A DNA stretch of 63,999 nucleotides, the filler included, from Sphacelaria rigidula (taxonomy: Eukaryota): assembly GCA_964200075.2 (NCBI GenBank). It is 3 parts of 3 records of this genome, joined end to end, with 100 filler letters (N's around TTAATTAATTAA, not from the genome) between each part and the next. Parts side by side here need not be neighbours in the genome. Positions count along the whole stretch, not along the records: positions 1 to 21,767 come from CAXNAA020000387.1; 2 more parts are not named here. One strand, 5' to 3'. Shown in pieces: positions 1 through 15,000 of the stretch (the stretch's first letter is position 1; every line of letters starts with the position of its first letter). Under the pieces are notes generated by a model, which saw only the letters and a list, made by a program, of their open reading frames with translations, had not been told where the DNA came from and searched no databases. The position numbers and the translations under genes were made by a program.

Positions 1-3000
1 GTCGCCGGCCGCGAGTCGTCGTACACTGGGACGGCGGAGTCCTGCTCGGTCACACGAGTCTCGACCGTGCTGTCAGCGCCGCCGTATGTGGCGGTGTCGG
101 TGGTGTAGGTGGTCTCCGTGGTGGTTGTGCTGGCGGTAGATCCGGTGGGGGCGAGCGCAGCAGACTCCGTGACGACGGTCTCCGTCACCACAGCAGCGGT
201 TGCTGCCTGTGGTTCGTCCTTGTTCACGTGTCCGGTGGTGAATGTCGTGGTGGTGCGGATGATGCGTGTGGTTGTTGTTCGAGTGATGATTGTCTGTTGT
301 AGGATTGTCGGGGCATCGCGAAGCGACGTTGTGAGTCTGGGTTGTTTGTCGCGACAAGCTGAAGCCATAGCATCAATTCCCTATTACGTGCGATAGTGAG
401 GACCATTTTCAACGTTGAGTAATCTTCACCTTTCCGATCTTTGCTCACCTCGACCACCCATGATCCCACCAGCAGCTTAATTTTCCCGTGCACTGACCCT
501 CGCTTGACACCCTCTTCCTGCACGAGGGCCAGCTCTAAGTTATTGCCGGCCTTCAAGTTTTCCCATGTTACTGAGGCTTGCCCGAGAAAATCCCCTCTCA
601 TACCTTTCCGGAAAGTTCATGGTGAAAAGTGGGGCATTTCGGACGAGAGTGCGAAATTTTCACCTGAGTCCTCTGCAGCACGACACCCGGATACTAACAC
701 ACTGCACGCCCCTAATGTTGACCGAATTCGTTTAAATGACAATCTACAAGTCCCTCTATTTAGTTCACCGGACAGCACCTTGGTTTGTTGGACTCAACCG
801 AACAAACGCTTTGCGCTACTTATCCTCGCGGCTGTGCCAACACAATCCGCGATATTAGAATGACAAGCGTGTGCCGGGGAAGAAAGAGCTTCATTCCCGG
901 AGACTATGGACGTTTTCCGAGGAACGGGAAGGGCTAAAAATGAAACCACAGTGTGTGTATATATATTTACACATTCATGAAATTCCATACCTAGGTCTTC
1001 GTCCCACAGCTGTACCACAACGTTGCACTGGTCCTCCCCACCAGCCATGTCGACCGGGAAAGTCTCTTTCGGCTCGCTCCATACGGGGTTTAGAGTGTTG
1101 AACATCGTTCGTGTGCGACCGATCTCGCTCCCGTTCAGGAGCACCACCGCATACGGGTCGGAAGTGCCAATCATGTCTGCCTTCACCAAGCCCGCGGCTG
1201 ACAGGATCGTCACCGATGCATGTGGCTGGGACATTACAGCGCGTCGACAAGGCGCGGAAGAAGAAAGAATAGCGCAACGAAAAGTCGTGAGTTGAGGAGG
1301 GGCTCCTCGTGCCGCTGCAGGATTTGCGCTGCTGTAGAGCTACCTCGTTGTCGTGATAACCCGCCACCAAGGTAAACATCGTAAAGACATATTTCACGCA
1401 CACTACCCTACCAGTTCCTCGGCGGCCGGCAAGCGCTTCGTCTGAGAGCGGCCACCACAGTTCAGGATTCGCGCCTACCTCACTGATAACCGCCACACCG
1501 CCAGAAAGATTCTCGCTTGGGATGGTTGTGGTTGTGGCATCCACAGCAAATTCTTGCTGCTCGCCGATTGCCTGGGCCTTGACCGCGCCGACAAGAAGGT
1601 TCAGAATGCCTCCGATCGACCTTTCTTCAGCTTTCTCTCGCGCCCGCAGGATGAGGTTCAACTCGCGTCCCTGTTTGAGATCTTCCCAATCCAGGGACGC
1701 TTGACCGAGGAAGTCGCCTCTCATGCCTAGTGAAATTTGACATGTTGATGGGATACACCGTAGGGTTCGAGAGGCACACTTTGTATTCGACACGAACACT
1801 CATTATACTGCACCAAAAATAAAACATTTTCCCGGGGCCAAATGCGCATAGCATGCTTGCAACGGAAGAGGTAGTCTACGCGATTCTCGACATCGACATT
1901 CAACGTCCTTGTTGCCCGGGGGCAGCGACACCATGTAACGCAAAACCATGTGTGAAGAAAGGTCAAGCTAAGCCAAGTCGGATATCCCAGTATTGTGGTC
2001 GGAGATACGGAAATTCTTGTCATGAACAAGGATATACTAGCTCCACTTTAGTTTTTTTCATCGGTTAATTGGTGTTCGCACTGTAACGGATCCCCCAGGG
2101 ATCCAGCCGCGGTCACGTGATAGACGTACCCTAGACAAAACATGACTGAAACACTTGCTGAAGAAAAGTGAAAAAAACAGAAAAGAGAGAACAAACAGAG
2201 CAGCACTAAAAACGAGTAGGAAATAATACAAATGATGAAAGACCGAATAAACGCGAAACGTTTGTTCAATACCCATCTCACCAAGGTCTTCATCCCATAA
2301 CTGCACCATGACGTCACATGGGTTCTGGTCCTGCACTAGCCGCAGTAGAATAGCCTGGCGCGGTTCACGCCACACGGGGTCCCGGGTGTTGAAAATGGTC
2401 CGCGTGCGGGCTATCTCCACCCCGTCCACAAGCACCACCGCGTACGGGTCCGACGAGCCAACCATGTCTGCCTTTTTCAAGCCGGTGGCTGATAGAATGG
2501 TCAACTCAACGTGTACCTGAGGTGCAAAAACAGAATCGAAGTGTTGGAATTGGAACAATACTGTCCTTCTGTCGAAATGCTTATCTTGCATAACACTCAT
2601 AATTCTGTCTGAAGCTCCAACCCCGATCACGCGAAACACCTCGACCCAACGATCAACAACGTCCCCATTGTCGTGGAGTGTCGAGTGTCAACATACCTCC
2701 ATCTCCCCAGCAGGCAGTGGACGGCTTGGCTGCTCATAGCTTGCGACTGTTGCGGTGTCAGCGGCAGTAGCTTCCAATGGGAGCGATGAAAGCTTTTCCG
2801 AGACGGCGGAAACGCCCGAGGCCTTCAAGTTCGTGTCCAGGTGCCCGGCGGTGGCAAACCGAGAAAATCTGAAACTCTCCGCACCGGATGCGGCGGTGGT
2901 ACCCACGGCGAGTGACGCCTTCGCAAGCCGTTGCTCCTCTTCCGGGGTCTCGACCACCGGCTCTCCCACCAGTACTTTAATCGTCCCCCGCACTGATTCA

Positions 3001-6000
3001 CCGTGGGCGCCCTCGCGCTGCACGAGGGGAAGGTCCAACTCGCGCCCGACCTCGAGGTCATCACATTTGATGGACGCCTGTCCGAGGAAGTCCCCTCGCA
3101 TACCTTCTCGTTTTGCATTTACGTAGCAACGTCAAACACGACGGGAATATCAATATGTGAAATATTCTAACGAAACACCATATAATTTTTTTTCCCCAAT
3201 CGAGCTGACTTGCGATCAGAGATCCCAGAATGAAAGAAGCAAATCGAACTTGATCCCCTCTTTGCCGGTGGGTCACGGCTGACAGCAGCCAACGCGTTGA
3301 CATTTTCATGGACAAAGCATGATAAAATTTGCAGTACATCGCCAAGACCACAACCGGTACTTCCACACGAGAAAGTTTCACCCAAACCCTTGTCCCACAG
3401 TTCAACAACATTTTAGCGATCCAAGTTCCCCGTCACGTGCAATGGCAAGAATTCCTTCGGATCGTACAATGAATAAAGGATATCGAACTCAATCCACTCT
3501 TTGCCGGTGGGTCGTTGCTTACAGCAACCAACGCGTTGACGTTTTCATAGACCAAGCACGGCAACATTTGAAGTGCATCGCCGAGACCGCAATCGGTTAA
3601 TCCACACCAGAAAGTCTTACCCAAGTCCTCGTCCCACAGCTGCACCACAATATTATAGTCAGAGTTCACCGTCACGTGCAAGGGGAAGACCTCCTTCGGA
3701 TCGTCCCACACAGGATTCTGAGTCTTGAACAGAGTCCGCGTGCGACCGATCCGGTGGCGGTTCACGAAAACCACTGCGAAGGGGTCAGAGGAGCCCACTA
3801 TGTCTCCCTTGGCGAGGCCCGCGGCCGACAGCATTGTTAACGTCACGTTGATCTGCACCAGCAACAGGTGTAGAGGACAAGAAGGAGGCGAAGATTGTTC
3901 GTGATACGTCGTATCACTTCTGCACAGAAAAGTATGTAACGAACACTTCCTTAGGAGGTAGCCGAAGACACGAACGGGACCACCTCCGAACACTGGATTG
4001 CCTTGAGCCAGCGGGAAAGGCACAAGAATACACTTTGTCGTTTTAGCCCTGTTTCAAGTAATTTTAGCCTCCCGACCCTCCGTGAATTGGTGAGGAACAC
4101 CAACCTCTTTCTTGACACTCGCGGTGCCAGTAACCTGCTCCGTCGTGGCCGTGGCATCCACGGCTCCGCGTTGCTCCTTTTGTGCCGCCTTAGCCTCTGG
4201 TTCTCCCACGACGAGCTTGATGGATCCTTGAACATTCTCACCGTGAACTCCCCCTCTTTCCTTCAGAGTAAGGTCCAACTCGCGCCCGATCTCGAGGTCT
4301 TCCCGTGTCAACATTGCCTCGCCCAGGAAATCTCCTCGCATCCCTGTCGTACAGCATCGGATCCGGGTTGAACATATGGCAATGCACGGGTGCAAAAACA
4401 GCAATAACAGAACAGGAGTACCCGTGACGAAAGCTCAGCAGCTAGCGTTGTCTCAGAAACGGATTCAATATTGTTATGCCATTGCACAAGCTGCAGGTCA
4501 ACCTTGCTCAATATTTTCTGCAACTGCGAGTTGTCGCAGTAGATTCACACGCGCTTGGAAAATCCTTCGTGTTGGAGAATTCGACGATCGACATCACCCC
4601 TGTCTATCGCATGTGACTTGAAAGTCACGGTACTCATCTATTGATCGTCGCGATATGTCTCACCGAGATCCTCGTCCCACAGTTGCACCACAACCTTGTA
4701 GTACTCGTCCGTGTTGCACGCCAGGCGGATGGGAATAGTATCTCTGGGCTCACCCCACACAGGATTCTGAGTCTTGAACAGCGTCCGCGAGCGTCCAATT
4801 TCGCTCCGGTTCACCAGCACCACAACAAACGGATCAGACGAGCCGATCATGTCTGCCTTGGCGAGGCCCGTGGCCGAGAGAACACATAACGAGACGTCGA
4901 CCTAGACCGCAGCGGCGAAAAGGCACAGGCGCAGTGCGCGCCGCAGAACATGAGGGTCGGGCGATTACGATATGTGAGAGCCTGAGGTACAATGATGGAT
5001 ACACTTCGCTGCAGTACAGTAGAAACCCGGTGTGGATCTCTCATGGTGCAACCTGACGAGAGTCTCTCAGTCATCGCTTGGCCCCCACGGTAGCCTACCT
5101 CTTTTTCAGCCCTAAATCCTGTCGTGGTGGTGTCGGCCGTGGCGTCCATGGCTTGGCCTTGCTCTTGTTCGATCTCCTCGATCAATGGCTTTCCCACTTG
5201 CAACGTGATTGTCCCCTGGATAGGCCCACGCTTCACACCCTTCCGCTGGCCGAGGGGTAGGTTCAACTCGCGCCCAATTTCAAGGTCTTCCCGGGTCAAC
5301 GACACCTCCCCAAGGAAATCTCCGCGCTTTCCTGCGGCACAGTTTGAGTAGCGTTGGGCGTATTGAGAAACGAGTTCATTTTGAGCAGATGTCATTGGCC
5401 TCAAAACCTGCAGCGCAACTGGACCCTGTCCAAATCATCATCAACGATAACTCTCCAAGAATCACTCATTACTATTGCCGACCAGGAGGCGCACGACACC
5501 CGCCACCCACATGGATCATGACAGGGAAAGCTACCCTGCTCATCGGAATTTTTCCCACATTTGTGCCTGACATCTTGTCGCCGAGAGTCAAGAAGACTTA
5601 CCGAAGTCCTCGTCCCACAGCCGCACCACAACGTTGTAGGTATTCGCGCTACCCGGCACGCGCAGAGGGAAGATCTCTTCAGGATTGCTCCACACGGGAT
5701 TCCGAGTCTTGAATAGGGTTCGCGTGCGACCAACTTTGCGGCGGTTCACAAGCACCACCGCATACGGATCCGACGAGCCGATTAAGTCTGCCTTGGAAAG
5801 ACCCGAGGCTGACACGATCTTCAATGACACATCGACCTACAATACCCAGGCGACGAGGGAGGATGAGGAAGGGTAGTGATATTTGGTGAATAATTGTGCC
5901 CAAGGACATACTATGTCGAAATCCGATTCGCACAGTAAGCTTTTGGATCGCAGTCAAGACGAACGCACAACCATCGGCTCGCAGGGTATGCTACAGCATC

Positions 6001-9000
6001 CGATGGCGGTCTGTCAACGCATTACATGTGAAAAAAAACCTCTTCACCCCACCTCTTCGCGGTTCGTCACACCAGTGGTGACCTGTTCAGTCTTCGCAAC
6101 AATCGCGGTAGAGTCCTCGGAGGGGCTTGACTGCTGTTCCACAGCCTCGACCATCGGCTCCCCCACTAGCAGCTTGATGGTGCCCTGTACGGACCCACTC
6201 TTAACACCCTTGCGCTGCACCAGCCTGAGAGTCAACTCTTGCCCGACCTCGAGATCCTGCCAGTTCACTGACGCCTCCCCGAGAAAATCCCCTCGCATAC
6301 CTGCAACGCAGCGGACAATGAGATGAAGAAACGACAACGAGTACGTGCAAAATTCAGCGCTGCAATGGAGGGGTCAAAGTGCTGCACAAAATGCAGCACA
6401 GTAGCAGCCTCGCCCGACCCCTTTTCCCAAGTCGACCAGAACAGACGCCGGAGGAACAGTCCCATCCGATCACTACCTGACGAGACAACGTGCCCCAATA
6501 CAAACTTTGGCCCGTCTCGGGCGTGTCTCTCTGTTCAAACGCCACCGACGTGACGAAGTTGATTAATCATTCTGTGAAATCGGAAATACAGCCGCACACG
6601 CCCATGAGGGTACGTGCCCGTCACGAGAAGGCGTCTCACCCAAATCCTGGTCCCATAGCTGCACGACAACCTTGTGGCCATCCGTCCTACCAGACAACCG
6701 AAGCGGGAATGTCTCTTTGGGCTCACTCCACACAGGATTCCGGGTCCTCAGCAGGGTTCGCGTGCGACCGATTTCGTGCCTGTTGACAAGCACCACTGCG
6801 TATGGGTCGGATAAACCGATCACGTCTGCCTTGGCGAGGCCTGTCGCTGACAGAATCGTCAACGACACGTTGACCTAGAATATGGCAGGTGGAGCGAGGT
6901 GGAGAGTGGAGCGGAGGAAATAGAGGGTCACAGGCCTACCAAATATAATCAGCGATCAAATGGTACATTGAGTGGCGTTTCGTCCTGCTCCGTTCAACTG
7001 TAGCAAGCTACCAGCTTCCCGCGACGATGACGCGGACGACATGACATTTGATAAACATAAAATTGTCATGTACCCGGGTTTACCCCAGCTACGCTTAAAT
7101 TCATCCAATATCCGTAGAACATGCACACCTGCTTTTCGCCAGACACGGGACTAGTCGCCTCCCCGTAAGTTTCAGCGCCCACGGCTTGGGAAGACATGTC
7201 AACTTCTTGCTGCTGCTCAACGGTCCCTTCGACATTTGTCGTGACCGCTGTAGATGTCTCAGTAAGAGTGTTTGCCGGTCCGGCATCAGTCGTCGTCTTG
7301 GTGGACGAGGCCGTGGCCCAAAAGCTTGTGGAGTCTTGAGACACGCGTGAACCTGACATAGATTTCGAACCACCGATCGACGTTTTCTTAGTGGCAACTT
7401 CTTCGACTACGTTTGTCCAACAGCAGAGGAAGCGAGTGGGGGTGTACTCATGGGGGAGCGCGCGCGCGCCCGTGTGTGGTGTGGGTACTCGTGACCTCGA
7501 AGATGACGCCACTCCCGACACATGACGCCGCGATGGGATGGGTGATGAGGCAGCCTTCCGGCAATGCCTGCCAGCGACAAACAAGCACCTACACTCACAG
7601 ACACAAACAGGGTATTCAACACATCCCCCAGACAAAAACGCGCGCACCGCTTTAGGCTCCCAATCCCCCACCTCTCACAGACCGCCGATGCACAGAAAAT
7701 ACCAAAGGGGGCACTCGTACCCAAGAGAAAATCATCTGGAAAACACGACGCAAATCGATGCCACGACACATGAACCCAGTCAGGCTGAAGATCTGCAGAA
7801 ACACCGAACAGGAAAGCTACTCAACGACGTTTTCACTCATATCGTCGGGCATACGGGCTCATGTCCTTGACACGAGCAGAGGGTTAACTCACTCGCAGCT
7901 GTTGCCTCGTGGACTGGCGCGGTAGTCGTAGTCTTTGTTGCACCCGGTTTTTTCGTGGCAAACACGCCAGACACGCTTCCCTCCTCTATCGGATCACCAG
8001 CGGCGACCTCCTGTGACGGCATGAAAGGAATTGTAACGATAGATTTGTTTGAGTACGACAACAGCACCCCCATTGTGAACCGCACAAAGACAGGAAACAA
8101 TGCCGCTTCTGAGCAGCGACAAAATGGACTGGGAAAATTTTACGGACACCGTTTTAGTTGTACAAGATCATTGTGTACCTTCTTCACCGGCGCCTCGATA
8201 CGTAGGCTTATCGTCCCCTTCCCAGATCCACTCTTTCCACCAGCTTTCGGGAGAAGGTTAAGGAGGAGCTCATTCCCAGCCTGGAGGTCCTCCCACGCTA
8301 CGGGCGCCTGGCCGAGGAAGTTCGGCTTCTTCCCTGCGCAGGTTTGCAATAAATGGCCTTGGATATGCTGACCTAATGCTTCACAAAGATGTCAGAAAGC
8401 TCTTGTGTACCTGCTGCTGGTGCACTGCGAAAGTACCGCATGATTGAACATCACGGGAAAGTCATGAAATATAACGTTTACAGTACAACAATACAGGCGG
8501 GCATTTTTATCCTCCCAGTTCAGAAACGGACACGGTCTGAAGCGAAGTAGCCCGGTAAGCAGAGAACCTGAACATGAAATATAACCGAGAAGCGAGCAAG
8601 CTCACACTGCACCACTGTTGAGTGAAATTCATCTCCGACGAAAATTGTTGCACGTCGAACTGAGTGGGGGAACATGGGACTGGAGGTGCCAGAATTGTTT
8701 ACATCCAATGTGATCAGAAACAAAACCAAGCGTTACCTCCGACCGCATCCCACAGCTGAACCACCACGCTGCACGCATCCTTGTTACCACGAGCGCGCAC
8801 GGAGAAGCTCTCCTTCGGTTCGTTCCACACGGGGTTCAGGGTCTTGGAAAGGACGCGGGTGCGACCAATATCGCGTTGGTTCAGGACCACGACGGCGTAC
8901 GGTGACGGCTTGGTAACCCACCATCCCTTCTTTATGCCGGTGGCCGACACGACCGTCACCATCACATTCACCTGCACACGAACGCAGCAAGGTACCGTGA

Positions 9001-12000
9001 TCGTCGTTGTTCAAGGTGTTGCGCCTACATGCTCGGATATTTTGCTCGACTTTCCACGGCGATGATCACATACTGCGGTGATCCAGGTGGCGCCCATACA
9101 CGAGTGGATCATAAAGCCAAAGCGCAGTTGCCACCATGCAGTCCGCTGTTCAACCACGCTCAAGCCGTACCCACACCACGAGCGAATGATATAAAGCAAC
9201 GCTGTCGCCACCATGCAATCCGCTGTTCAACCGTTCTCAGGGTGGTTCTCAAAAATACTATCTTACAGACGTCTCCGGATCTAATAACTTGGAGCCAGTT
9301 ACCTCATGGTCGATGGACACAGGGCGAGTGGACGCGTTGTCGCTCGAGTCGACGGTTGAGTAAACTGAGCCCACGGCTAGCGAGGTCGCGACAGTGCCCT
9401 TCCATTGTTCAGCCGGGCTGTGCATCGCCGCCTTAACCTCGGTGGTAGCGCTTGTCGTCGTTTCTGTAGGAGCCATTGTGGTCGTTGTTTCGGGCTTGGG
9501 TGACCCCGCAGAACTAGCGATGGTGTCTTGTGCTGATGCGACGTCGGACCCGCTGCTTGGTGCAGCAATAGTGTGTTCATCCATCACTTGTTGTTCCCCG
9601 GCTGGTGATGAGAGAGTAAATAGCCAGAGGAGCAAGGAAAAAGGGGGAAGGGGTGGGGGGGTCGGTCATTGCTAGAAGAGCCCGGAACTGGTTGGGAACG
9701 GGGCGTTGTTTGTATATGTTTTGTTTGTGCACACGTTTAGTGCAGGTTGTCCGTCACTACTTGTGCACATGAGCTATTCATTGGAACAAATACGGTCCAA
9801 CCGTTCTTCCAGCTCTGAAATAATATATGGAGCTGCTCCTTTGGTTTACTTCCCGGCAGGCTGTTGACAATTTCGGGGGACAGTTCTGTTGAACACAGGT
9901 CCATCAGTGTCACTGCATGTTGACGCTGGCCGGCACTTTGTAACCCTATACGTCCCTCATGATGCAGGTCACGATGGTTATGACTTGTGTAGAGTCAGGC
10001 CCACACCGTCAGTCCAACGAAGGCGTGGATGCATCCTTTGGATGGACACCCCGAAAATCAAGTCTGTCAAGGACATGATTCTTCCAGACTTTCCCCAATG
10101 AACGGTGTTCCTTTCGCTCTTTTGACGATGCCATATCGCGTAGTTGAGAACTACTCAACAAATGCAAAATCACTCACATTTTTTTCTAGTCCCGCCGGGA
10201 CACGACTTTCAAACAGTTTTTGTGAACGAAAATTGCCCAACCTCCGCAAAGTACACACCACTGCCAAGTCACACCCGAGAAGTCGACTCACCCGAAGTAT
10301 CAGCCGCTCCCGTGAATACAGCGGCAGCTTCTGACATGGCAGCAGACTCTGCCGACACACCTTCCACACGTGAGCCATCCTGTTCCGCCAGCCCGGCACC
10401 TAGCTTGTCCTTGATCCCTTCACCAACAGCAACCTGCTTCGACGATAGCGCATAGTGAGCGGGACCACGACAATGCGATTGCGGAAGGTGCAATTTCTTC
10501 GACAAATATAGAGGGGGTCGTACCCTCGTGACTTGTCTAGCTCACGCAAAGTTCGTCAACCGTGCATGGTAAGTTGATAGTTTACACACGACCGATATAT
10601 ACATCACGTGCACATGATCGGCCACTCTCTCCCGCGATAGCTGTTCGATGGCATACCTCTGCTCCCGGCTCTCCCACCAGAAGCTGAAGAGTCCCCTTCA
10701 CAGTTCCACCGCGATCGCCCGTCCGCCGAACCAGCGTGAGATTCAAGTCGCGACCGCTCCGGAGATCTTTCCATGAAACGGAGGCTTCGCCCAAAAAGTC
10801 TCCGCGCATTCCTGTTATACACACCGAGTCATGATTCCAACGAGAACGATATAACGCCGTTCGAAGAGCGTGGAGACGGGATGGTACAAACCAGCATGAA
10901 ACAAGCTCAGAACCGCGGGTGTCGAACGTCCCGTGTGATCCCTCCGACAATTGACAACGTCCCAGTACCACGGAAAACACTCGATCCCCCCACTATACGG
11001 GCGACTCGATGAGACACGTGCCAGCAACTGAAAAGCTTGACAGAACACCTGATCTTACCAAAGTCCTCGTCCCACAGCTGCACCACGACGTCGCAGCTAT
11101 CCGTGCTGCTCGACACGCGCAGCGGGAACGTCTCTCGGGGCTCTGTCCATACAGGATTCTGTGTCCTGAACAGGGTCCGTGTGCGACCGATCTCGCGGCG
11201 GTTCACGAGCACCACAGCGTAGGGATCCGAAGAGCCGAACACGTCTGCCTTGGCCAGTCCGGTGGCTGACACAACTGTCAAAGACACCTGGTGCAATGTT
11301 TTCAGAAGTTTTGGACCATTGCACAACATCGGGGTCATGGGTTTAGTCCTGTAAGGAAACAGTCTCAAAGCTTTGGGGCAGCAGAATCGCGATTAGTATG
11401 TAGCCACCGCGGTGATGTACGACACACGGAGAGGAAAGACCTTGTTCGGCTCGTCCCACACCGGATTCTGACTTCGGAACAGCGTCCGCGTGCGACCGAT
11501 CTAGCCGCAGTTCGCAGGCCCACCGGCATACAGATCGCATCCATTTCGACGAGGTCCGTATTTGACACAATCATGAGAGAAACAGTGACATATGCCTTCA
11601 ATCTCCATTCATCTCTGCACTGTGCGAAGCCATGTCTACACTGTACCCACCTCCTTCTCCACCATCACGCCACCCACGGACTGCTCGGCAGTAGTGGTGT
11701 CGACCGGAGCGTCCACACCTGATCCTTGCTCCTCCGACGCCACCTCGGTCATCGGCTCTCTCACGAGCAGCTTGACAGTACCCTTCGCTGATCGACCGCT
11801 AACACCCTTCCGCTGGACAAGGGTCAAGTCCAACTCGCGCCCGATCTCAAGGTCCGCCCACGCTAGACACGCCCCGCCTAGGAAGTCTCCGCGCATTCCT
11901 GTCGTGCAGGTGGCAGTGTTTGGTAGTACGGTGTGTAAGGTACGCACGGGTCAATCCTGACGCTACAGCACACGACTTGCAACGAGATTGCACACCTGCA

Positions 12001-15000
12001 CCACAGGAGAGCCTCCCGAGACTACGTCGGAAAAGCAACAGTCGAACCAACACCAGCCGAACCCATGCCACCCACAACGCAAATCCAAAAGCCACCGATG
12101 TCAAACGTCTTGGCGCGCTCGACGACTCGGATGACAATCGGTACGGATGCCTCACCCAAGTCCTCGTCCCACAGCTGCACCACGACGTTGCAGTCATTCG
12201 CGTTGCCCGACACGAGTAGCGGGAAAACCTCCTCCGGCTCGGTCCACACGGGATTCTGAGTCTTGTACAGCGTTCTCGTGCGACCCACCTCGCAACGGTC
12301 CACAAGCACCACCGCGTACGGGTCCGACGAGCCGATCAAGTCTGCCTTGGCTAGGCCCGTGGCTGACACAACCGCCAACGACACCTGGCGCAGGATGGCC
12401 GTGATGAGGAAAGAGGCGAGAAGCGCACCGCAAATTGTGGGTGACCATGGATGTCTGGGCAATACTCCCCCCGTGCATCGTGACCTGTGCACTTGTATTC
12501 ATAATGTGTCTTTGCTACAGACAGCCATTGGAGAACCCTCCACATCTCACAACCCGCTTTTCTTTTGACGCTCCTCTACCATCACATTACACGTACCTCC
12601 TTCTGCACCGTCACGTCACCGGCGGACTGTTCTTCAGTCGCGGCGGCGACCGCACCGTCAACGGTCGACCCTTGCTCCTTCAATACCGCCTCGGTCACCG
12701 GCTGTCCAACCAGCAGCTTGATTGCCCCCTGTATCGATCCACCCTGGACGCCCTTCCGCTGAATCAGAGTCAGGTCCAACTCGCGCCCGATCTCTAGATC
12801 ATCCCAGGCCAGAGATGCCTCGCCGAGGAAATCTCCGCGCATTCCTGCAGTCAAATTGACAATGCAGTATGATGCAAAGAATGTGCGCAGCTCAACGTGA
12901 CTTTGTCTATGTCATGTTCTATTTGCACTTTTCTTGAATATCCTTCATCTTCACCTCGGGTACGTCGGTGCTGTGCGATTATCACAAGTATCAGCCACCA
13001 GTAACGCCTCACAAACCAGCAGGAACCCATGAACCTCACGGGAAACGATAGGCTGCGGGTCAACATGGAGTAAACCCTCGAGACTCCAGCCTCCTTCATC
13101 GAAAAGCAACAACTACGGTCAAGAAAAAGGAATGCGGGGCTCGTCGCGGGGAATCCCTCACCCAAGTCCTCGTCCCACAGCTGCACCATCACATCGCACT
13201 TCTCCGTGTTGCCCGATACGCGCAACGGAAACGTCTCTCTGGGCCCTGTCCATACAGGGTCTTGAGTCTTGAACCTGGTCCTCGTGCGACCGACCTCGCG
13301 GCGGTTCACGAACACCACGGCGTACGGGTCCGACGAGCCGATCAAGTCTGCTTTGGCGAGGCCGCTGGCGGACACAACGGTCAACGATACCTGGTGCCCG
13401 ATGGCAATACAGGAAACATCCAAACGAGAAGGGAGCACGGCATACCAGTGTTACGAACTCTTCGTGATCACGTCAAGATACGAGAGGATGCAACGCAGCT
13501 CCTTCTGCTTCTTCGCGGTTGTTGTGGCTCAGCGGTCTCAGCTACACAAGCATCTCATGTCCCTACACTTGCCATGCCCTCTACCCATACCAACGCCGTT
13601 ACCTCCTCCTTGTCAGCTCGACCAGTATTTCACAGTCCTACACCTGCCACCCTCTCCGCCATTCCCCACACTATGCCTACCTCCTTCTCCATCATCACGC
13701 TACCCGCGGACTGCTCATCAGCAGCGGTGTCGACCACAGCATCAAGGTCTGACGCTTGCTCCTCCGAGACCACCTCGGTCACCGCCTCTCCCACCAGCAG
13801 CTTGATGGCCCCCTTCACGGATCCACCCTTCACACCCGTCCGCTGAACCAGGGTCAACTCCACCTCGCGCCCGATCTCGAGGTCCTGCCAGGCCAGAGAT
13901 GCTTCACCAAGGAAGTCTCCGCGCATTCCTGTCGGGCATGTACCAATGTCGTACGATGTAAGGGATCCGCAGGAGCCAATCGGAACGACGTACCATAGTG
14001 GCTACGGTGACATTCTACGTCTGCAACAGGTCCAAGCCTCCTGACACTGCATTGACCAAACCAGGCGAACGACCACCAAACAGGCTAGCCAACATAGACT
14101 AGAATAATCTGTGACACTGTCCGGAAAGCTTTGACTTATTCGCTTCGAAAATCGCAGACCTTCACAAGACAATCGAAGCGACATGCGGGCTCGAAACTCA
14201 ACGACGGAACGTAACGCCGTGCTAGCTCAAGTGTTTCCCATCATCTCCGACACATGCACAACAACTGCTCGTCATTGAAAAAAACCTCACCTAAATCCTC
14301 GTCCCACAGCTGCACCACGACGTCGCAGCTATCCGTGCTGCTCGACACGCGCAGCGGGAACGTCTCTTGGGGCTCTGTCCATACAGGATTCTGTGTCCTG
14401 AACAGGGTCCGTGTGCGACCGATCTCGCGGCGGTTCACGAGCACCACAGCGTGGGGGTCCGAAGAGCCGAACACGTCTGCCTTGGCCAGTCCGGTGGCTG
14501 ACACAATTGTCAAAGACACCTGGTGCAGTGTTTTCAGAAGTTTTGGACCATTGCACAACATCGGGGTCATGGGTTTAGCCTTGCACGGGAACGGTCTCAA
14601 AGCTTTGGGGCAGCAGGATCGCTATGTAGCCAGCGACGGATCCGTGGTCACAAGCTAAACCTTAACCGGGTACAGTAAATTGAACCAAATTCTCCACCCC
14701 TTCGCGGCCTACCTCTTTTTCCACAGACGAGCGGAGAGTTGTGTCCGCGGAGGTTTGGGCATCAGTGCCAAAAGAGGCCGTCGCAACCACTTGCTCTGCC
14801 TCGGCTACTCCCGCCGGTAGCCTCTCCGTCCCCACAGGGTACGCGTCGGTACGCGTGGTTGTTTGCGGACGAGTCGGGGTCGACTCGGTACGAGTTGGTT
14901 TCGTCTCAGACATGTCCTGCGCCCAAGACTGGCTCGTGAGGTCTTCGGATACACCTGTTGTTGTTGAGGGCGCACCAGCAGGTGATAAAAACGAGATTAG

